The notes under the pieces are model-generated. The model was not told where the DNA came from. It saw only the letters and a program-made list of their open reading frames with translations, and did not search any database. From NCBI GenBank assembly GCA_963832745.1, contig CAWHVC010000005.1:96001-160000 (forward strand): 64,000 nucleotides of DNA. Reading direction: 5' to 3'. Every line of letters begins with the position of its first letter. Within the stretch, counting starts at the first letter, position 1. The position numbers and the translations under genes were made by a program. Origin of the DNA: Candidatus Bathyarchaeota archaeon. GTDB lineage: Archaea; Thermoproteota; Bathyarchaeia; Bathyarchaeales; Bathycorpusculaceae. Positions 60,264 to 64,000 of the stretch are shown in pieces.

Positions 60264-60329
60264 CACTTAACTCTAATTGATTCTAAAAATTAGAGGGTTA
60301 ACTGTTTTATCTACTTCCCCCATGGGGGA
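60264..60329 (+). repeat. Copy D: degenerate left arm plus variant palindromic core
   Basis: Shares TGATTCT-AAAAAT and TTTTAYCTACYTCCC with copy A; core is the perfect palindrome TCCCCCATGGGGGA (60316-60329). Confidence 0.55.
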
Positions 60330-60436
60330 TACGATTTTTAGCTTGGCGCGTGAACCTTCGAGTTAATCTGCCATAAAACGACAGAAATAGAGACCGTCTC
60401 AACAGGGTAAATCCCAGCATATGATGTTAAAAAAAA

Positions 60437-61351
60437 TTAATCTGCGATTTTCTTAGTTGCTTCTTTAGTCATTTCGACGATTGTTGGCAATTGAGTTTTG
60501 CTTTCAATTTTTTTTAGCCAAATATCATAATGCCGCAAAAATGTCATATACCGTCTGTTATTGACCCAGAAGGCTAAACACATGACAACACCAACCAAAA
60601 CACCTTCCATTATCGCTGTGAACCAATCGAGGGAATGACTAAAATAAAGTGTTAAAATCAATACAACTAAAGCAGTTAAGCCGCCTGTTAATATGGTGCT
60701 GCCTATTTTAAAATAATTTTGAAATGATTCTTTTACAGTTTCAATTTTCTTGAATTCGAATTCTGTGTTAAATGTTGGCTGTATGTTGGTTGGTGTTTGT
60801 GGAGTTGTTTGAACCATTGGAGGCTGAGGTGGCGACGGGGTTACAGAATCACTACTTTTTTCAGGTTTGGGGTTCTCTGTTACATAAGCATAGAATAAGA
60901 AAATAAACAGTAACTGGAAAATAGCTATGATAAAGGCATCTAACGCATATCCCCACGAAATAGCGAGAAAAATTCTGCCGCCTACGGCTAAGTTATAATA
61001 AGCAAAGAATAGAAGAATCATTGGAAATAAAAAAGGAAGAAAGAAGAAGCCCATCATTATTTCTTTTGCTTTTCTTCCTTGAATAAAATCTTTTAACATG
61101 ATTCCCAGAATAGCGCCACTAAAACCGACAACTATGCCAGTCAATGTTGCTATCCCATTAATTACCGTTGGCACCGTCTGAGCCTGAATTGCTATTTGGG
61201 CAGTTGCATTTGCCGCCGCATTATTTGAATCTCCACCGTTAGTGTAATCAATTCTAAATGGGGTAAAGAAAAAAGTCCATGTTAAAAGTAACAAGAGAGC
61301 GATTATCCCAAAAATCAGCACTATTGATAGGATAATATTTGCTGTTTTCAA
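60437..61351 (-). CDS. Multi-pass membrane protein with Pro/Thr linker
   Basis: About 4 TM, linker, then a helix plus 2-TM module. Confidence 0.7.
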   Translation of the reverse strand: MKTANIILSIVLIFGIIALLLLLTWTFFFTPFRIDYTNGGDSNNAAANATAQIAIQAQTVPTVINGIATLTGIVVGFSGAILGIMLKDFIQGRKAKEIMMGFFFLPFLFPMILLFFAYYNLAVGGRIFLAISWGYALDAFIIAIFQLLFIFLFYAYVTENPKPEKSSDSVTPSPPQPPMVQTTPQTPTNIQPTFNTEFEFKKIETVKESFQNYFKIGSTILTGGLTALVVLILTLYFSHSLDWFTAIMEGVLVGVVMCLAFWVNNRRYMTFLRHYDIWLKKIESKTQLPTIVEMTKEATKKIAD

Positions 61352-61439
61352 GATTACCCCTTGCTCTTATTCCACGTTATACAAATTTAAGGCTTGTGTG
61401 CAAATAGTCCTTGCGCTAACTCCCATTACAGGGAATAGT

Positions 61440-62252
61440 TCAAGTTTTTTCACCGCTTTCTTTTGCTTCAAGATAGTACACTACTGGTTTAGCATCTAAC
61501 TCCAGCCTATTTTCAGCATCAACAATCATGCTGTTTACATTTTCAAGATATGACTTAATTTCCTCTGGCATTATTGGGACGTCAGCAAAATATCTGGCAC
61601 GCGCTCTAAAACTTGAGAGTTTGTTCAGTGTTTCACGGAAAATTGGGTCAACATTTCCGAGATTAGCAAAACTGTTGTACCGATAAGAAATGTCGCCGTG
61701 TGAAGTTCTTTTTCGAAATTTAGGGTCATGCTCAAGTAACAGGACAGCTCTTGATGAAAGTTCTGCCGCGCTAAAGAGACAATCGAGACAAGATGCAAAA
61801 TATTCTTTATTGAAAGCGAATTGTGCTAATTCATGGAATTGTTTTGCACTATTAACATGTTTTTTTGCAAGAGCCTTATTGTAGCGCAAATCAAAGGAAA
61901 TAAGCCACTTGCTAGAAATTTGGATTAGAGTTATGTGACCACAGTCGGGATCATCTTCATTGGTCAGCCTTAACTCTTTTATGCCTTCGACTTCATTTTC
62001 GTAAATTGGTTCACCTTTCTTTTTTGATATTCCGCTTTTTAATTTCATATCGACAATTGCTTTTACTTCTGAATTAAGCCTTACCTCGTTTTTTCTTTTA
62101 CCGTCAGAATAAAAAATTATTTGTGCCCGCTTTAAAACAAATGGTTCAGAAAGAGTGTTTGCTTCTTTTCGCCTTTTTATTTCTGGCTGAACAAATAATT
62201 CTAAAGTGTGATTTAGAAGATTTTCACCAAACTGTTCAGGTAATTGTTGCAT
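61440..62252 (-). CDS. HEPN-domain protein with N-terminal extension
   Basis: C-terminal helical domain with LFSAAEL..RAVLL, TSHG, LSSFRARARY. Confidence 0.75.
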   Translation of the reverse strand: MQQLPEQFGENLLNHTLELFVQPEIKRRKEANTLSEPFVLKRAQIIFYSDGKRKNEVRLNSEVKAIVDMKLKSGISKKKGEPIYENEVEGIKELRLTNEDDPDCGHITLIQISSKWLISFDLRYNKALAKKHVNSAKQFHELAQFAFNKEYFASCLDCLFSAAELSSRAVLLLEHDPKFRKRTSHGDISYRYNSFANLGNVDPIFRETLNKLSSFRARARYFADVPIMPEEIKSYLENVNSMIVDAENRLELDAKPVVYYLEAKESGEKT

Positions 62253-62749
62253 AGAGGTACTTAGCCTTTGTGAATTTATAAAATTTTATTGATGCTACAA
62301 GGAGGAAAAAGTTAACTTACTCAACCCTCTTTTGCCGTTGTGAACTCTTTAATTGATTAGGGAAAAGTGTGTTTGTCTCTGTACTTGACTATCTAGCGCT
62401 AAACTAACAAACATTGGTATTTGGTTGTGATAAGTGATATCCTAAGTTTTTGTTGCCTTAGTCCTTTCAACAGGTTTTCTCTAACATACCTTGTTGGTAT
62501 TTACTCAGAGCAGGTTTCTGCTTAGAATTTCTAAGAATACCCTTATAGGCGCTAAATATGTTGGCTAAAAGTTAGTGGAATAAAAGATAAAGTTGGGAAA
62601 AGTGGTTTATGGGTAGAATCGTCTTGTGGTTCTTGGGAAGGGTATTGCGTCGATGATGTTGTATGGGAAGCCTGCTTTTTCTTGCCATTCGAGTTAAAAT
62701 TTGGGTTTCAAGTAATTTATATATAGTCAAGTTGGGGCTAAGTTTTGTT

Positions 62750-63544
62750 ATGGATAGATTGGGTAAAAGTCTCGCGTTATGTTTAGTTTTACTTTTGGCT
62801 GTTTCTGTTTTGTTTTCTGTTGTTGTGCCTGCTTCGGCGCAAACGGTGCCTCAGCCTTCTGTTCCGGAATTCACGTTGAAGTATGTTAGTTCTTCATATA
62901 CAGTTACAACTACTAACCCCTATACGGGAGTAACAGAAAAGGAACTAGTTAGCAATGACTCAATTGTAATTACAATAACTAACCAACCATTTCCTTATTC
63001 AGAATATCAACTATACTATAATGTTCGTACGAAACCTCATTTTGAAGGCGATTGGTATGAAATTTATCCCCTTGCAAATTTGACCAGTTCATATAAAGGC
63101 GGTTACGATTTTACCTATGCCCAGTACATATGGCGTGGTGTGCCACAATCTGACTCAAGTTATACCACTATAGCTTTTTTGGTTGAACCAACAAACCTAT
63201 ACCAAGGTTCTGGTTATGACGTTGATGGTATTTTTGGGTACCTTGGAATTCCTTATGGCAGTCAACTTGATTTTCAAGTAGAGGCTCAAGTTGGGCATCC
63301 TTTGGGCATTTGGGTTGGTGACCATCCTTTGTATCCTATGGCTGGTGGACACCTGGAGCCCGGTATCGCTTATGATTTGTCAAGCGGATGGAGTAACACA
63401 AAAACAACCTCGATAGGTGAATCCTCAGGTTCAGCGTTGCCTTCACCCTCAGTTCCAGAATTTCCAGCAATGATAATCTTGCCCTTGTTTATTGCAGTAC
63501 CCGTAATAACAGCGATAATTTACCGAAAAAAAACAGTTCACTAA
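62750..63544 (+). CDS. Secreted surface protein with PEF-CTERM-like sorting signal
   Basis: Signal peptide from MDRLGK (TTTATATA box at 62716), C-terminal VPEFP plus TM plus RKK. Confidence 0.85.
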   Translation: MDRLGKSLALCLVLLLAVSVLFSVVVPASAQTVPQPSVPEFTLKYVSSSYTVTTTNPYTGVTEKELVSNDSIVITITNQPFPYSEYQLYYNVRTKPHFEGDWYEIYPLANLTSSYKGGYDFTYAQYIWRGVPQSDSSYTTIAFLVEPTNLYQGSGYDVDGIFGYLGIPYGSQLDFQVEAQVGHPLGIWVGDHPLYPMAGGHLEPGIAYDLSSGWSNTKTTSIGESSGSALPSPSVPEFPAMIILPLFIAVPVITAIIYRKKTVH

Positions 63545-63580
63545 CATAAAATAAAAAATAGTTTGAGGCAGAAAAAGTGC

Positions 63581-64000
63581 CTATGGATAGAACCGACGGG
63601 TGGTTCTTGGAAACGGAATCGCATCAATAATGTTATCCAAATCCAGCATCCAAACAATAAGCCGTTCTACTCCCATGCCAAAGCCGACGTGTGGAACTGT
63701 GCCGTATCTGCGTAGGTCGAGGTACCATTCGTAGTCTTCTGGGTTTAAGCCTTGAGCCTTCATGCGGCTAATTAGGATGTCTTTGTTGTCTTCTCTTGCG
63801 CCGCCTGTGCTGATTTCGCCGATGCGCGGGACCATCATGTCTACGCTCATGGCGATTTCTGGGTGGTCTTTGTAGGTTTTGCAGTAGAAGGCTTTGATTT
63901 CTGTTGGGTAATCGTATACGAAGAATGGTTTGCCGAATTCGTCTGCGAGGACTTTTTCGTCTTCATAGCCAAGGTCGCTGCCCCAGTCAAGTGCGGGGTT
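63581..64000 (-). CDS. asnS: Asparagine--tRNA ligase, C-terminal part (gene starts beyond the window)
   Basis: YPTEIKAFY, GEISTGGARE, WYLDLRRYGTVPHVGFGMGVERL, IPFPR. Confidence 0.93.
   Translation of the reverse strand, partial: NPALDWGSDLGYEDEKVLADEFGKPFFVYDYPTEIKAFYCKTYKDHPEIAMSVDMMVPRIGEISTGGAREDNKDILISRMKAQGLNPEDYEWYLDLRRYGTVPHVGFGMGVERLIVWMLDLDNIIDAIPFPRTTRRFYP

Noticed and set aside
1-64000. tRNA, rRNA, CRISPR array, transposase, reverse transcriptase
   Set aside because: None recognised by eye; dedicated scanners would be needed to exclude divergent cases

Overview
Archaeal chromosomal window. Nop5-fibrillarin, TATA-type promoters and archaeal-type DnaK show this directly; the TrmB expansion, PEF-type surface protein and gene repertoire are most consistent with Bathyarchaeia, which is an inference. 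Housekeeping and metabolic genes: nop5-flpA, grpE-dnaK, dnaJ, acs-satP, partial asnS, rubrerythrin, P-type ATPase, three ABC transporter pairs, a PAS histidine kinase and a stand-alone receiver. An operon pairs a double-cubane-cluster-like reductase with BzdP/BzdQ-like ATP-dependent activators and a ferredoxin. Three accessory patches (about 3.8-5.7 kb, 29.5-33 kb between dnaK and dnaJ, and 59.1-62.6 kb) carry orphan ORFs, two tyrosine-recombinase remnants, and ASCH, HD, HEPN and nuclease-like cargo. Strongest unexplained signals: (1) a dispersed non-coding element with left and right arms around a palindromic CCTATAGG core, found in four different arm combinations, as expected of site-specific recombination products; (2) a ~130-nt rod-like RNA behind a TATA box with a loop complementary to Shine-Dalgarno sequences; (3) the hybrid reductase operon; (4) a DnaK with an altered ATPase motif behind an unknown leader gene. 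Frameshifts cluster in the first 3 kb and in the islands, and many look like long-read indel errors. No tRNA, rRNA or CRISPR array was recognised. All family assignments are by eye from motifs; no database searches were run.
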